DNA of 32,000 nucleotides from Breznakia blatticola (lineage in GTDB: Bacteria > Bacillota_I > Bacilli_A > Erysipelotrichales > Erysipelotrichaceae): NCBI RefSeq assembly GCF_004365815.1, contig NZ_SODD01000004.1:68617-100616 (forward strand), given 5' to 3'. The position numbers and the translations under genes are program-made. The notes beneath the pieces were generated by a model that searched no databases, was not told the origin of the DNA, and saw nothing but the letters and a program-made list of their open reading frames with translations. Positions within the stretch are counted from its first letter, which is position 1, and the number at the start of each line of letters is the position of its first letter. Positions 1-9,803 of the stretch are shown here, piece by piece.

Positions 1-1
1 T

Positions 2-289
2 TTGGAACATCCACTACAAGAAGCGGATATTCAACAATTGTATGATGGTGTATGTATTGATGATGAAATAAGTAAAGCGATAAAAATAAAGCAAATTGCA
101 GACATGCAATATGCTATGGTGATTGATGAAGGGAAATACCATCAAGTAAAACGAATGATGCATGCAGTACATAATGAAGTGCTAGGATTGAAACGCATTC
201 GTATTGGTGATCTTTATTTAGATGAAAATTTAGATGAAGGAGAATATCGTGCATTAACAAAAGAGGAAGTAGAAATTTTAGGAGGGTAA
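2..289 (+). CDS. C-terminal fragment of an RsuA/RluB-family rRNA pseudouridine synthase (gene starts upstream of the window)
   Basis: The frame is open from the window edge to the TAA at 287-289. The tail contains the EGKYHQVKRM motif typical of the RsuA family. The leading M in the ORF track is a window-edge artefact (TTG). Confidence 0.75.
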   Translation: MEHPLQEADIQQLYDGVCIDDEISKAIKIKQIADMQYAMVIDEGKYHQVKRMMHAVHNEVLGLKRIRIGDLYLDENLDEGEYRALTKEEVEILGG

Positions 290-292
290 AAG

Positions 293-1180
293 ATGCAACA
301 ATATTTAGATTTATGTAAGTACATCTTATCAAATGGTGAAGACCGTGATGATCGTACAGGAACTGGAACACGTAGTGTATTTGGATATCAGACACGTTAT
401 GATCTACGTGATGGATTTCCATTAATGACAACAAAAAAGATGTTTTTACGCCCGATTGCTGAAGAATTACTTTGGTTTTTAAAAGGCGATACAAACATTA
501 AGTATTTAGTGGATCGTAATGTCCGAATATGGAATGAGTGGCCATATGAAAACTTCAAGAAAAGTGATGATTATCATGGGGAAACATTAGAAGAGTTTGT
601 TGAGTTGGTTAAAAGTCATGATGCAGATAGCGAATTTGTGAAAGTGCATGGAGCACTGGGACCAGTTTATGGTGCACAGTGGCGTGACTTTAACGGAGAA
701 GGTATTGATCAAATCCAGGAACTTGTTGATGGGTTGATTAATAACCCATTCTCACGTCGTCATATCGTATGTGCTTGGAACCCTGCAAAAATCGATAAAA
801 TGGCACTTCCACCATGTCATGCGTTCTTACAATTCTATGTGAGTGCAGATAAAAAGTATTTATCTTGTCAGTTATATCAACGTAGTGCAGATGTATTCTT
901 AGGTGTACCATTCAACATTGCTAGTTATGCACTAATGACTGCAATGCTTGCACAAGTTTGTGGATATGAAGCAAAAGAATTTGTACACACAATTGGAGAT
1001 GCACATATTTATAAAGATCATTTTGATGTGGTAAATGAACAACTTACACGTGTTCCATTACCAAAATGCAAATTGTCTTTAAATTCAGAAGTGAAAAATA
1101 TCTTTGATTTTACAATTGATGATATTAAAATCGAAAACTATGAAAGCTACGGAAAACTTGTCGGAAAGGTGAGTGTCTAA
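293..1180 (+). CDS. thyA: Thymidylate synthase
   Basis: 295 aa. Carries DRTGTGT...FG, the active-site [12 protein letters not shown] motif, [20 protein letters not shown] and GDAHIY. RBS-like gggtaaaag lies before the ATG. Confidence 0.97.
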   Translation: MQQYLDLCKYILSNGEDRDDRTGTGTRSVFGYQTRYDLRDGFPLMTTKKMFLRPIAEELLWFLKGDTNIKYLVDRNVRIWNEWPYENFKKSDDYHGETLEEFVELVKSHDADSEFVKVHGALGPVYGAQWRDFNGEGIDQIQELVDGLINNPFSRRHIVCAWNPAKIDKMALPPCHAFLQFYVSADKKYLSCQLYQRSADVFLGVPFNIASYALMTAMLAQVCGYEAKEFVHTIGDAHIYKDHFDVVNEQLTRVPLPKCKLSLNSEVKNIFDFTIDDIKIENYESYGKLVGKVSV

Positions 1181-1650
1181 TGGTTTCACTAGTAGTTGCA
1201 ATGGGTGATAATCGGGTTATTGGTAAAGATGGATGGATGCCTTGGAATTTACCAGAAGATTTAAAAGTCTTTCGTAGCATTACATTAGATCACAATATTG
1301 TAATGGGACGTACGACTTTTGATAGTATGAAAAAGCCATTACCAAGACGTCACACTTATGTCGTAACAAGAAATACAGAGTATACATACGATCATGAAGC
1401 TGTAACGATAACACATGATTTAAAAGCGCTATTAGAGACATTTAAAAATAATGAAGATGTCATATATGTAGCTGGTGGTGCCCAAATTTATACAGAAGCG
1501 TTACCCTATGTAGATGAAATGTGGATTTCTTTAGTAGATGAACACTATGAAGGAGATACATTTTTCCCAGCTTTTGATCCAAATGATTTTATCGTAGTAA
1601 CAAAAGAAAAAAAGGAAGGATTTACGTTAATACACTATCGTAAAAAGTGA
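1180..1650 (+). CDS. folA: Dihydrofolate reductase
   Basis: 156 aa. N-terminus LVVAMGDNRVIGKDGWMPWNLPEDLKVF is typical DHFR. The ATG overlaps the thyA stop (TAATG), giving the classic thyA-folA pair. Confidence 0.93.
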   Translation: MVSLVVAMGDNRVIGKDGWMPWNLPEDLKVFRSITLDHNIVMGRTTFDSMKKPLPRRHTYVVTRNTEYTYDHEAVTITHDLKALLETFKNNEDVIYVAGGAQIYTEALPYVDEMWISLVDEHYEGDTFFPAFDPNDFIVVTKEKKEGFTLIHYRKK

Positions 1651-1657
1651 GAAGGAA

Positions 1658-2956
1658 ATGAACATTGTTGAAATAATTGAAAAAAAACGTGATAGACACG
1701 AATTAAGTTCACAAGAAATTGCATACTTTGTGGAGAGTTATGCAAAAGAAGAAATCGCAGAATATCAAGCCAGTGCATTGTTGATGGCAATTTATTTACG
1801 TGGGATGAGTGATCGTGAATTATCTGACTTAACCAAAGATATGATTGCAACAGGTAAGGTATATGACTTTAGTGATTTGGAAGGTATCTTTGTTGATAAA
1901 CACAGCACGGGTGGTGTTGGTGATAAGACAAGCCTTGTACTTGCGCCAGTACTTGCAGTATGTGGTTTAAAAGTTGCTAAAATGAGTGGACGTGGTCTTT
2001 CTTTTACTGGAGGAACACTGGATAAACTAGAATCAATTCCAGGCTTTCAAGTAGCCATCTCTGAAGAAGACTTCAAGAAACAAGTAAGTGAAATTGGATG
2101 TGCCATTATCGGACAAAGCAACGATATGGTGTATGCAGATAAAAAAATGTATGCATTACGTGATGTTACAGGTACTGTAAGTAGTATTCCATTAATTGCA
2201 TCAAGTATTATGTCTAAAAAACTAGCTGCAGGAAGCGATGTGATTTTACTTGATGTGAAGTGTGGGGATGGAGCATTTATGAAAGATGTTGAAAGTGCTA
2301 CAGAACTTGCTAAACGTATGATTCAAATTGGTAAAGATGCAGGAAAAGTTGTGAATGCAGAAATCACAAGTATGAATGATGTCTTAGGAAGCATGGTTGG
2401 TAACTCATTAGAAGTACTTGAAGCAATCGAAACATTGCAAGGTAAAGTACATAATGATTTCTATGAACTTTGTGTACACTCTGCTGTTACATTGTTGCAA
2501 TCATCAGGAATTTGTACAGATGAAAAAGCAGCACACGACATGGTAGTAAAAACGTTAAATGATGGTTCAGCACTTGCTAAATTTAAAGAAATGGTCGCAA
2601 GTCAACACGGAGATACAAGTGTAGTTGATGATCCATCAAAACTTACAATTAGTGATAAAACAATCGAAGTACTTGCAGATACAAGTGGATATATTTCAAA
2701 AATCCATGTAGAAGGAATTGGTTTACTAGGATGTGCTTTAGGTGCAGGACGTATGCGTATTGAAGATGCAATTGATCACAGTGTTGGTATTGAAGTATAT
2801 AAGAAACATGGTGATGCAATTGAAGCTGGTGAAGCTTTATGTAAACTGTACTACAATGAAGTATTTGATGAATCATTTGTAAAACAAGCAAAAGATTGTT
2901 TCACAATTTCAAAAGAACCAGTGGAAGTAGAACCACTAATTTACACAGTATTATAA
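1658..2956 (+). CDS. pdp: Pyrimidine-nucleoside (thymidine) phosphorylase
   Basis: 432 aa. Carries the HSTGGVGDKTSL and SGRGLSFTGGTLDKLESIPG motifs. RBS gaagga lies upstream. Confidence 0.93.
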   Translation: MNIVEIIEKKRDRHELSSQEIAYFVESYAKEEIAEYQASALLMAIYLRGMSDRELSDLTKDMIATGKVYDFSDLEGIFVDKHSTGGVGDKTSLVLAPVLAVCGLKVAKMSGRGLSFTGGTLDKLESIPGFQVAISEEDFKKQVSEIGCAIIGQSNDMVYADKKMYALRDVTGTVSSIPLIASSIMSKKLAAGSDVILLDVKCGDGAFMKDVESATELAKRMIQIGKDAGKVVNAEITSMNDVLGSMVGNSLEVLEAIETLQGKVHNDFYELCVHSAVTLLQSSGICTDEKAAHDMVVKTLNDGSALAKFKEMVASQHGDTSVVDDPSKLTISDKTIEVLADTSGYISKIHVEGIGLLGCALGAGRMRIEDAIDHSVGIEVYKKHGDAIEAGEALCKLYYNEVFDESFVKQAKDCFTISKEPVEVEPLIYTVL

Positions 2957-2987
2957 GATTTATGAATAAAGAAGGGAGTGGCAAAAG

Positions 2988-4853
2988 ATGAAAATCGCTT
3001 TAGCCCAAATGAATGTGGTAGCAGGTAAGTGTGAACAAAACTTCCAATCCATGGAACGTTGTATCGCTCAAGCCAAAGATGATGGAGTCGATATCATCGT
3101 ATTTCCAGAAATGTGTATTTCTGGATATCTATTGCAAGATAAGTTATTAGATGAAGCATTTTGTGCGTACGTACATAGCTTTAATGAGCGAATCCTTGCC
3201 TTAAGTGATACGATTGGTATTATCTATGGAAACCTGTATCATGGCGCTCTAGAAGGGATAGAAAAAGGTCGTGATGGACGAATCTTGCGTTGTAATTGTG
3301 CATTCTTTGCGCATAATCAACGTTGGGTAAAAAAAGAAAACGGAATCATGGATGGAATGCACATCAAGCATTTAAATCCAGATTATCGAATCTTTGATGA
3401 TTCACGTTTCTATTTAAGCGGGATGGAGGTAAGTAATTATCTCTATAAGAAAATGGATGCACTCATCTCACCATTCCTATTTACAACAAAAGATAAAACC
3501 TATCGAATTGGACTTGAAGTTTGTGAAGATATTTGGTCATATGATTACAGTGTCGATCCTACGAAGATACTTGCGAATCAAGATGTTGATTTTATTGTGA
3601 ATGTATCAGCGAGTCCATATACACGCAATAAAGAAATTTCACGAAATAAACAACTGCTGAAACATGCAAGTGAGCTTGGTGATAAAATGCCAATGGTTAT
3701 TTATGTAAATGCAGTTGGTATGCAAAACAATGGTAAAAATGTAATTGTATTTGATGGAGATTCTACTGTATTTGATACAAGAGGAAAACCAATCTTCGCA
3801 TGTAATGATGGATTCAAAGAAGAATATGCAGTTTATGATTTCCATAGCATTCGTTTAGATTCGTTCTGTGAAAATAAAATACTTGAAGCACTTACAGTTG
3901 CTTTATATGAATTTGATAAGCAAATGTTTCCATTTCAACCAAAGTGGATTATTGGTTTAAGTGGAGGCATTGATAGTTGTATCAATGCAGGTTTACTTGT
4001 AAAAGCATTAGGAGCAAACCGTGTGGTTGGTTATAACTTAGCCACAAAATACAATAGCGATCTTACAAAAAACAATGCAAAACAAGTTGCTGATACATTA
4101 GGTATTGAATTACGAAATGGTTCCATTGAAGAAGTTGTTGGGGCTACTGAAAAAACAGCACAGATGTATGGCTATGAAAAACCATATCCATCACTCGTTG
4201 TAGAAAATATTCAAGCTAGAGTTCGTGGACATATGTTAAGTACATTTGCAGCACTTGAAGGCGGAGTAATTGTAAATAATGCCAATAAAGTGGAAATAGC
4301 AGTTGGATACTGCACACTCTATGGTGATAGTATTGGTGCTATTTCACCAATTGGAGATTTAACGAAAGTAGAAGTATTTGAACTTGCTAAACAAATCAAT
4401 GCATACTTTGGAAAGGAAGTAATTTCAAAAACACTCATTCCTGAAATTAAGGATGGAATGTTGGATTGGAAAATGCCTCCTAGTGCAGAATTGAAAGATG
4501 CACAAATTGATCCAATGAAATGGTATTATCATGATGAATTGATTCATCGTTTCTTTGATTATCCAACGATGAATGTGGAAGCCTATTTAGAAAACTATCT
4601 TGATGGCAGTATTTATGATGAAGAAATTGGTAAGTGGATACGATACTATCATTTAGATGATGGAAAAGCATTTATTGAAGATTTGGAGTGGTTTTTAAAG
4701 CAAATCGCAAATTCTGTCTTCAAACGAATCCAAATGCCACCGATTGTTAGTTTAAGTCGTGGAGCCTTTGGAAATGACTATCGAGAAGCACAACTCGGTG
4801 TGATTCAAAGTAAACGCTATCAAGAATTGAAAGAAAAGATACTCTTGCGTTGA
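2988..4853 (+). CDS. nadE: Glutamine-dependent NAD+ synthetase (N-terminal CN-hydrolase domain plus C-terminal NAD synthase domain)
   Basis: 621 aa. The N-terminal nitrilase-like region has FPEMCISGY and EVCEDIW. The C-terminal region has the PP-loop GLSGGIDS. RBS aagggag lies upstream. Confidence 0.9.
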   Translation: MKIALAQMNVVAGKCEQNFQSMERCIAQAKDDGVDIIVFPEMCISGYLLQDKLLDEAFCAYVHSFNERILALSDTIGIIYGNLYHGALEGIEKGRDGRILRCNCAFFAHNQRWVKKENGIMDGMHIKHLNPDYRIFDDSRFYLSGMEVSNYLYKKMDALISPFLFTTKDKTYRIGLEVCEDIWSYDYSVDPTKILANQDVDFIVNVSASPYTRNKEISRNKQLLKHASELGDKMPMVIYVNAVGMQNNGKNVIVFDGDSTVFDTRGKPIFACNDGFKEEYAVYDFHSIRLDSFCENKILEALTVALYEFDKQMFPFQPKWIIGLSGGIDSCINAGLLVKALGANRVVGYNLATKYNSDLTKNNAKQVADTLGIELRNGSIEEVVGATEKTAQMYGYEKPYPSLVVENIQARVRGHMLSTFAALEGGVIVNNANKVEIAVGYCTLYGDSIGAISPIGDLTKVEVFELAKQINAYFGKEVISKTLIPEIKDGMLDWKMPPSAELKDAQIDPMKWYYHDELIHRFFDYPTMNVEAYLENYLDGSIYDEEIGKWIRYYHLDDGKAFIEDLEWFLKQIANSVFKRIQMPPIVSLSRGAFGNDYREAQLGVIQSKRYQELKEKILLR

Positions 4854-4907
4854 TTTTCTTTTGCATTTGCACGGTTTTATAATATAATAAAACATGGTAT
4901 TTAAGGA

Positions 4908-5213
4908 GTGAGGGAATTGAATAAGGACAATATTGTCAATGACAAGGATGTCCGTTTGGCACTAACGCTTAAAACAAGTCAGTTGAAACGTGAACAAATC
5001 AAAAATATAACGTATCAGCAAGTCGTGAAAACGATGAAAGAATTTGTTTGGAAGAATAAGACCATTCGACATGTCCATGATGCAGTAAATGATGTTATGT
5101 CATTACAGGCATCAACCGTGGTCGCATACTTGTCGTATTGTGCAATTGAAAAAGGATCAAGCATGGGACTTGATAAAATCGAAGGGGTTATGAGAGGAGA
5201 TTTGGATGAATAA
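4908..5213 (+). CDS. Small post-transcriptional-regulator-like protein (ComN/YrzD-like), first gene before secDF
   Basis: About 100 aa, sitting directly upstream of and overlapping secDF, as comN (yrzD) does in B. subtilis. It shows weak recognisable similarity (VVKTMKEFVWKNK, VMSLQASTVVAYLSY). The track start is GTG 4908. TTG 4917 is better spaced from AGGAG (4904-4908) and may be the true start. Confidence 0.6.
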   Translation: MRELNKDNIVNDKDVRLALTLKTSQLKREQIKNITYQQVVKTMKEFVWKNKTIRHVHDAVNDVMSLQASTVVAYLSYCAIEKGSSMGLDKIEGVMRGDLDE

Positions 5214-7497
5214 AAAAAGACTCGTTGTCTTTCTGGTATCGGTAATAGCGATTATTGGAATTGTGGGTGTAAGCGCAAAACCAGCAATAGACAACATGAA
5301 CCTAGGATTAGACTTAAAAGGTGGATTTGAAATTTTATATGAAGTATCACCACTAGAAGGTTCAGAAACAAAAAAAGTGGATATGGCAGCAGTAGCAAGC
5401 TCTGTATCAAAACGTGTAAATGTACTTGGAGTAAGTGAACCAGATATCACAGTTGAAGGGGATCGTATTCGTGTACAATTAGCAGGTGTACAAGATAATG
5501 AACAAGCACGTAATGTAATTTCTAGTAGTGCAGTACTTTCATTTAGAGATACATCTGACAACTTATTAATGGATGCAACGGTTTTAAAAGATGGTGGTGC
5601 ATCATTAGCTTTTAATGAAGGAAAACCAATTGTTAACTTGAAAATTGCAGATACAGCTAAATTTTATGAAGTGACTTCTGCACTTTCACAAACATCAGAT
5701 AAATTGATGGTTACTTGGTTGGATTACCAAGAAGGACAACGTTATGCTGAAGAAGCAACAAAAGCAGAGACAGAAGAAGGTCCTGCATATATTTCTGCAG
5801 CGAAAGTAAGTGAAGGTTTAAATTCAGAAACGGTAATGATTTCTGGTAACTTTACCGAAGAAGAAGCACAAGAACTTGTTGATTTATTAAACTCAGGATC
5901 TTTAAACTTCCAAATGAAAGAAATTTACTCGAATGTAGTAAGTCCTAATTTGGGAGAAGGTTCATTTGAATCAACAATGTTAGCTGGTGGAATTGGTATT
6001 GTTGCTATCGCGATTTTATTAATTGCACTATACCGTTTCTGTGGATTTATTTCTGCGCTTTCTGTAGCGATTTACTTAGTATCAACATTAGCTTTATATA
6101 CACTATTAGGAGGAGTATTTACACTTAGTGGTATTGCTGCCTTAGTTCTTGGTGTAGGTATGGCTGTTGATAGTAGCGTTATTACATTTGAAAGAATTAA
6201 AGATAGTTTATACGCTGGACGTAGTGTGAAAAATGCCTTTAAAGAAGGTAGTCATAACTCACTATCAACAATTCTTGATTCACAAATTACAACCATGATT
6301 GCTGCATTAATTCTTTATATTTTCGGAACAGGAAGTGTTAAAGGATTTGCGACAATGTTGCTTATCTCAACAATTCTAGCAGTTGTATTTAACGTAACAT
6401 TGGTACGTTTCTTACTTGGACAAGTTGTAAAAAGTGGATACCTTGATAACAAAAAATCTTGGTTTGGAATTAAGGAAGATTACATTCCAAATGTGCAAAG
6501 AGGAGAAACATACGAAGATCACTCACCATGGAAAAACTTTGACTTTGTTGGTAAAGCAAAATACTTTATTGCAATTTCAGCAGCTGTAATGGTGTTAGGA
6601 ATTGGATCTATGGGATTCAATGGAATGAAGGGTGATGGTGTCTTTAACTTTGGTATCGATTTCTCAAGCGGTACAAAAATCACTTTAGAAAGCAAAGGTG
6701 GTTTAAAAGCTGATACCTTACAAAAAGAATTCGAGAAACTAGGTGTTGAACCTAGTGATATTACACTTTCAGGAAAAAACAATGAAATTGCATCTGTATC
6801 AATTAAAAAAGCGATTACAGAAGAGCAACGTGAACAAATTTCAGATTATATGACAGACACATATAAGGAAATTGAAGTATCAGATTCTACAGTTTCTCCA
6901 ATTGTCGGTCGTGAATTAGTTAAAAATGCGATTATTATGTCATTACTATCTTGGCTTGCAATTCTAATTTATGTAAGTATCCGATTTAAATGGGACTTTG
7001 CAGTTAGTGGAATTGTTGCCTTGATTCATGATGTGTTTGTTATTCTTGCAGTATTTGCAATAACACGTATGGAAGTTACAACAGATGTTATTGCCGTATT
7101 GCTGACAATCATTGGATATAGTATTAATGACTCGATTGTAATCTTTGATAGAATGCGTGAAAACTTGAAAGGATTTACGCGTAAACAACCATCGCAAGAA
7201 CAACTACGTGATATTGTAAATGTATCATTACGTGAAACATTTGGACGTTCCGTTGTAACTGCATCAACTACGATTTTACCAGTTATTGCACTACTTGTTT
7301 TTGGTAGCCGTAACATCTTCCAATTCAACGTAGCACTTCTTGTTGGACTAGTTGGTGGTTGTGTATCATCATTATTTATCGCACCACAACTTTGGTATGT
7401 GTTACGTTTAAAATTTAAAGTTAAAAACAAACCAAAGAAAAAACAAAAGAAATTAAAAGGACCACAAGAACGTATTATTCCTGGGGTTAACGATTAA
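5206..7497 (+). CDS. secDF: Fused protein-export membrane protein SecDF
   Basis: 763 aa. It has an N-terminal TM, a large periplasmic-type domain, and two 6-TM blocks of SecD and SecF type (LGLDLKGG, GIDFSSGT, INDSIVIFDRMRE). RBS gaggag lies upstream. Confidence 0.95.
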   Translation: MNKKRLVVFLVSVIAIIGIVGVSAKPAIDNMNLGLDLKGGFEILYEVSPLEGSETKKVDMAAVASSVSKRVNVLGVSEPDITVEGDRIRVQLAGVQDNEQARNVISSSAVLSFRDTSDNLLMDATVLKDGGASLAFNEGKPIVNLKIADTAKFYEVTSALSQTSDKLMVTWLDYQEGQRYAEEATKAETEEGPAYISAAKVSEGLNSETVMISGNFTEEEAQELVDLLNSGSLNFQMKEIYSNVVSPNLGEGSFESTMLAGGIGIVAIAILLIALYRFCGFISALSVAIYLVSTLALYTLLGGVFTLSGIAALVLGVGMAVDSSVITFERIKDSLYAGRSVKNAFKEGSHNSLSTILDSQITTMIAALILYIFGTGSVKGFATMLLISTILAVVFNVTLVRFLLGQVVKSGYLDNKKSWFGIKEDYIPNVQRGETYEDHSPWKNFDFVGKAKYFIAISAAVMVLGIGSMGFNGMKGDGVFNFGIDFSSGTKITLESKGGLKADTLQKEFEKLGVEPSDITLSGKNNEIASVSIKKAITEEQREQISDYMTDTYKEIEVSDSTVSPIVGRELVKNAIIMSLLSWLAILIYVSIRFKWDFAVSGIVALIHDVFVILAVFAITRMEVTTDVIAVLLTIIGYSINDSIVIFDRMRENLKGFTRKQPSQEQLRDIVNVSLRETFGRSVVTASTTILPVIALLVFGSRNIFQFNVALLVGLVGGCVSSLFIAPQLWYVLRLKFKVKNKPKKKQKKLKGPQERIIPGVND

Positions 7498-7506
7498 ATG
7501 ACATAT

Positions 7507-7547
7507 AGATTTCTCTGTGTATGCTATACATGGAGAAATCTTTTTTA
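7507..7547 (+). terminator. Rho-independent terminator after secDF
   Basis: AGATTTCTC (7507-7515) pairs with GAGAAATCT (7533-7541). An inner TGTAT/ATACA helix extends the stem, and a T6 run follows. Confidence 0.8.
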
Positions 7548-7584
7548 CTTTAATGAAATTCGTGCTTTTACGGGTGATTTTATA

Positions 7585-7611
7585 TTGCTTACTAGTAAAC
7601 TGTGATACAAT
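7585..7611 (+). promoter_or_regulatory. Putative recJ promoter (extended -10)
   Basis: TTGCTT (7585-7590), a 15-nt spacer, then TG-a-TACAAT (7603-7611). The -10 ends only 6 nt before the recJ ATG (7618). Confidence 0.45.
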
Positions 7612-7617
7612 ACTTTC

Positions 7618-9210
7618 ATGATATATGAAGAATATAAAGCAGATGATATAGCAAACATTGTCCAACAGTATCAAGTAGATCCACTCGTGGCAAAAGTGTT
7701 TAGTTATAATCAACTTACGAAAGCTCAAATTGAGCAAATTTTATATGATACGAAAACAACAGAAGACTTATCATATACAGATGCTAAGCCAATTGTAGAA
7801 CGATTACATCAAGCAAAAGTGAATGGTGAAAAAGTTCTTATTTGTGGAGATTATGATGCAGATGGGATTTGTTCAACAACCATCTTGTATGATGCACTAC
7901 AAATCTTTGGAATTACTTGTGGATACTATATTCCAAATCGTTTTACAGAAGGATATGGATTAAACAAGAAAACCGTTGAGATGGCAATTGAAAAAGGCTA
8001 TAAAATATTGATTACAGTGGATAACGGGGTGAAAGCTTTTGAAGCACTTGCATATGCAAAGCAACAAGGCCTAACAATTATCTTAACTGACCATCACAGC
8101 TATGAACAAGATGAACTGATCTGTGATTACTTTTTGCATCCACAAATCATGCAAGAAGAATTTCATCATTTATGTGGTGCAGGTGTAGCTTTCATGATTA
8201 GTCGTGCACTTATCGGACGACACGATTATCATACAACACTAGCGGCAATTGCCACTGTTGCAGATATGGTTGGTGTACTTGATGCCAATCGAATTATTAT
8301 CAAGGAAGGTTTATCATTTCTTAACCAAAACTGGTTTGCGAATATTCAACTACTTGCAGATGATAAAAGCACATGGACAACAACAAAAATCGGATTTCAA
8401 ATTGCACCGAAGTTAAATGCGATTGGTCGATTAGCAGATAAAGCAAATGTAAATACAATTGTTCGCTACTTATTATTACAAAATATTGTGCAAATTGAAC
8501 AAAGTGCAAAACAAATCAAATCAATTAATGGCTTACGTAAAGAAATCAGTGTTAAAAATGAAGCGATGGCATTACAAAAAGTAAATGCTGATGATGATTT
8601 TATGGTTGCATACTCAAAAGATTTTCATGAAGGTCTTAATGGTATTGTTGCGATGAAGCTTACACAAACCTATGGAAAAAGTGCCATGGTTCTTTCCAAT
8701 AAGGATGGAGTCTTAAAAGGAAGTATTCGTTCTGTTGGTTTAGATTTACGACAGGTGTTTAAAGATATGGATGATGTTTTGCTTGCATATGGTGGACATA
8801 AACAAGCAGCTGGTATTTCATTTTATGAAAAAGATATTGATACAATTTATCAGCACTTGCAAAAAATCGCAAAAGAAGAAAGTGTGGAAGATGTTGCAGT
8901 GTATATTCCTTTGCAAAATGAGGACTTAACCATTGATCGTATTGAAAAACTTGAAGCACTGGATCCTTTTGGAATTGATTTTGCAAAACCAAAGTTTGCA
9001 TGTACGATTGATGAATTTCAAATGAGTACATTAAGCTATGGAAAACACTTGAAAATACAAACATCAAATATGGACTTTTTATACTTTAATCATGGCCATG
9101 AATTAGCAAGTTATGAGCATAAAAAGTTGACTCTTATTGGCGATGTTTCAATAAATACGTTCCGTAATAAAAAAACAATAACCATGATTGTAGAATCTGT
9201 GTTATTATAA
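7618..9210 (+). CDS. recJ: Single-stranded-DNA-specific exonuclease RecJ (short form, DHH/DHHA1)
   Basis: 530 aa. Carries DHH-family motifs DYDADGI, ITVDNG and TDHHS, plus GGHKQAAG (DHHA1). The secDF-recJ-apt-rel synteny supports the call. Confidence 0.88.
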   Translation: MIYEEYKADDIANIVQQYQVDPLVAKVFSYNQLTKAQIEQILYDTKTTEDLSYTDAKPIVERLHQAKVNGEKVLICGDYDADGICSTTILYDALQIFGITCGYYIPNRFTEGYGLNKKTVEMAIEKGYKILITVDNGVKAFEALAYAKQQGLTIILTDHHSYEQDELICDYFLHPQIMQEEFHHLCGAGVAFMISRALIGRHDYHTTLAAIATVADMVGVLDANRIIIKEGLSFLNQNWFANIQLLADDKSTWTTTKIGFQIAPKLNAIGRLADKANVNTIVRYLLLQNIVQIEQSAKQIKSINGLRKEISVKNEAMALQKVNADDDFMVAYSKDFHEGLNGIVAMKLTQTYGKSAMVLSNKDGVLKGSIRSVGLDLRQVFKDMDDVLLAYGGHKQAAGISFYEKDIDTIYQHLQKIAKEESVEDVAVYIPLQNEDLTIDRIEKLEALDPFGIDFAKPKFACTIDEFQMSTLSYGKHLKIQTSNMDFLYFNHGHELASYEHKKLTLIGDVSINTFRNKKTITMIVESVLL

Positions 9211-9226
9211 CAAATGAGGTATGAAA

Positions 9227-9742
9227 ATGGACTTAAAAAAATATATAGCTGAAATAGAAAACTTCCCAGTTGATGGGGTATTATTTAGAGACATTACACC
9301 GCTTATGCAAGATGGAAAAGCATTCCGTGAAGCGTGTGATGCATTAATTGCATTTGCTCTTGAAGTAGGTGCTGAAGTGATTGTTGGACCTGAATCTAGA
9401 GGATTCATTTTTGGTTGTCCAGTTGCCTATGCATTAGGTATTGGCTTTGTGCCAATTCGCAAGCCTGGAAAACTACCAAGAAAGACAGAATCAATTGCTT
9501 ATGACTTAGAATATGGTTCAAATGAATTACATATTCATGCGGATGCAATTAAGCCTGGACAAAAAGTATTAATCATTGATGATTTGCTTGCAACAGGTGG
9601 AACTGTAAAAGCAACAATTGATTTAGTAGAACGTCTTGGTGGGGAAGTTGTAGGATGTGAATTCTTCAATGAACTTATGGAGTTAAAAGGTCGTGACTTA
9701 TTAAAAGGTTACAAGATTAAATCAATTATTCAATATGACTAA
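9227..9742 (+). CDS. apt: Adenine phosphoribosyltransferase
   Basis: Carries the PRPP-binding motif [13 protein letters not shown]. The track ORF starts at 9221, but GAGGT (9216-9220) is properly spaced only for ATG 9227. Confidence 0.95.
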   Translation: MDLKKYIAEIENFPVDGVLFRDITPLMQDGKAFREACDALIAFALEVGAEVIVGPESRGFIFGCPVAYALGIGFVPIRKPGKLPRKTESIAYDLEYGSNELHIHADAIKPGQKVLIIDDLLATGGTVKATIDLVERLGGEVVGCEFFNELMELKGRDLLKGYKIKSIIQYD

Positions 9743-9762
9743 AAGTGCGAATGCACTTTTTT
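9742..9762 (+). terminator. Rho-independent terminator after apt
   Basis: AAAGTGC/GCACTTT stem with a GAAT loop and a T run. It is followed by an extended -10 TG-t-TATAAT (9773-9781) that probably serves rel. Confidence 0.7.
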
Positions 9763-9803
9763 CATAAGGTTATGTTATAATTTGTGTAATAAAGAGGAAT
9801 TTT

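Noticed and set aside
114-494. 126-aa minus-strand ORF overlapping the pseudouridine synthase tail and thyA
   Set aside because: It is antisense to two strongly supported genes, has low-complexity His/Leu-rich translation, and has no RBS or recognisable motif. It is a typical shadow ORF in AT-rich DNA.
5157-5561. 134-aa minus-strand ORF antisense to secDF, and similar ORFs at 6519-6782, 6964-7203 and 7026-7430
   Set aside because: All lie fully inside the well-supported secDF frame on the opposite strand. None has start-site signals or protein-like composition.
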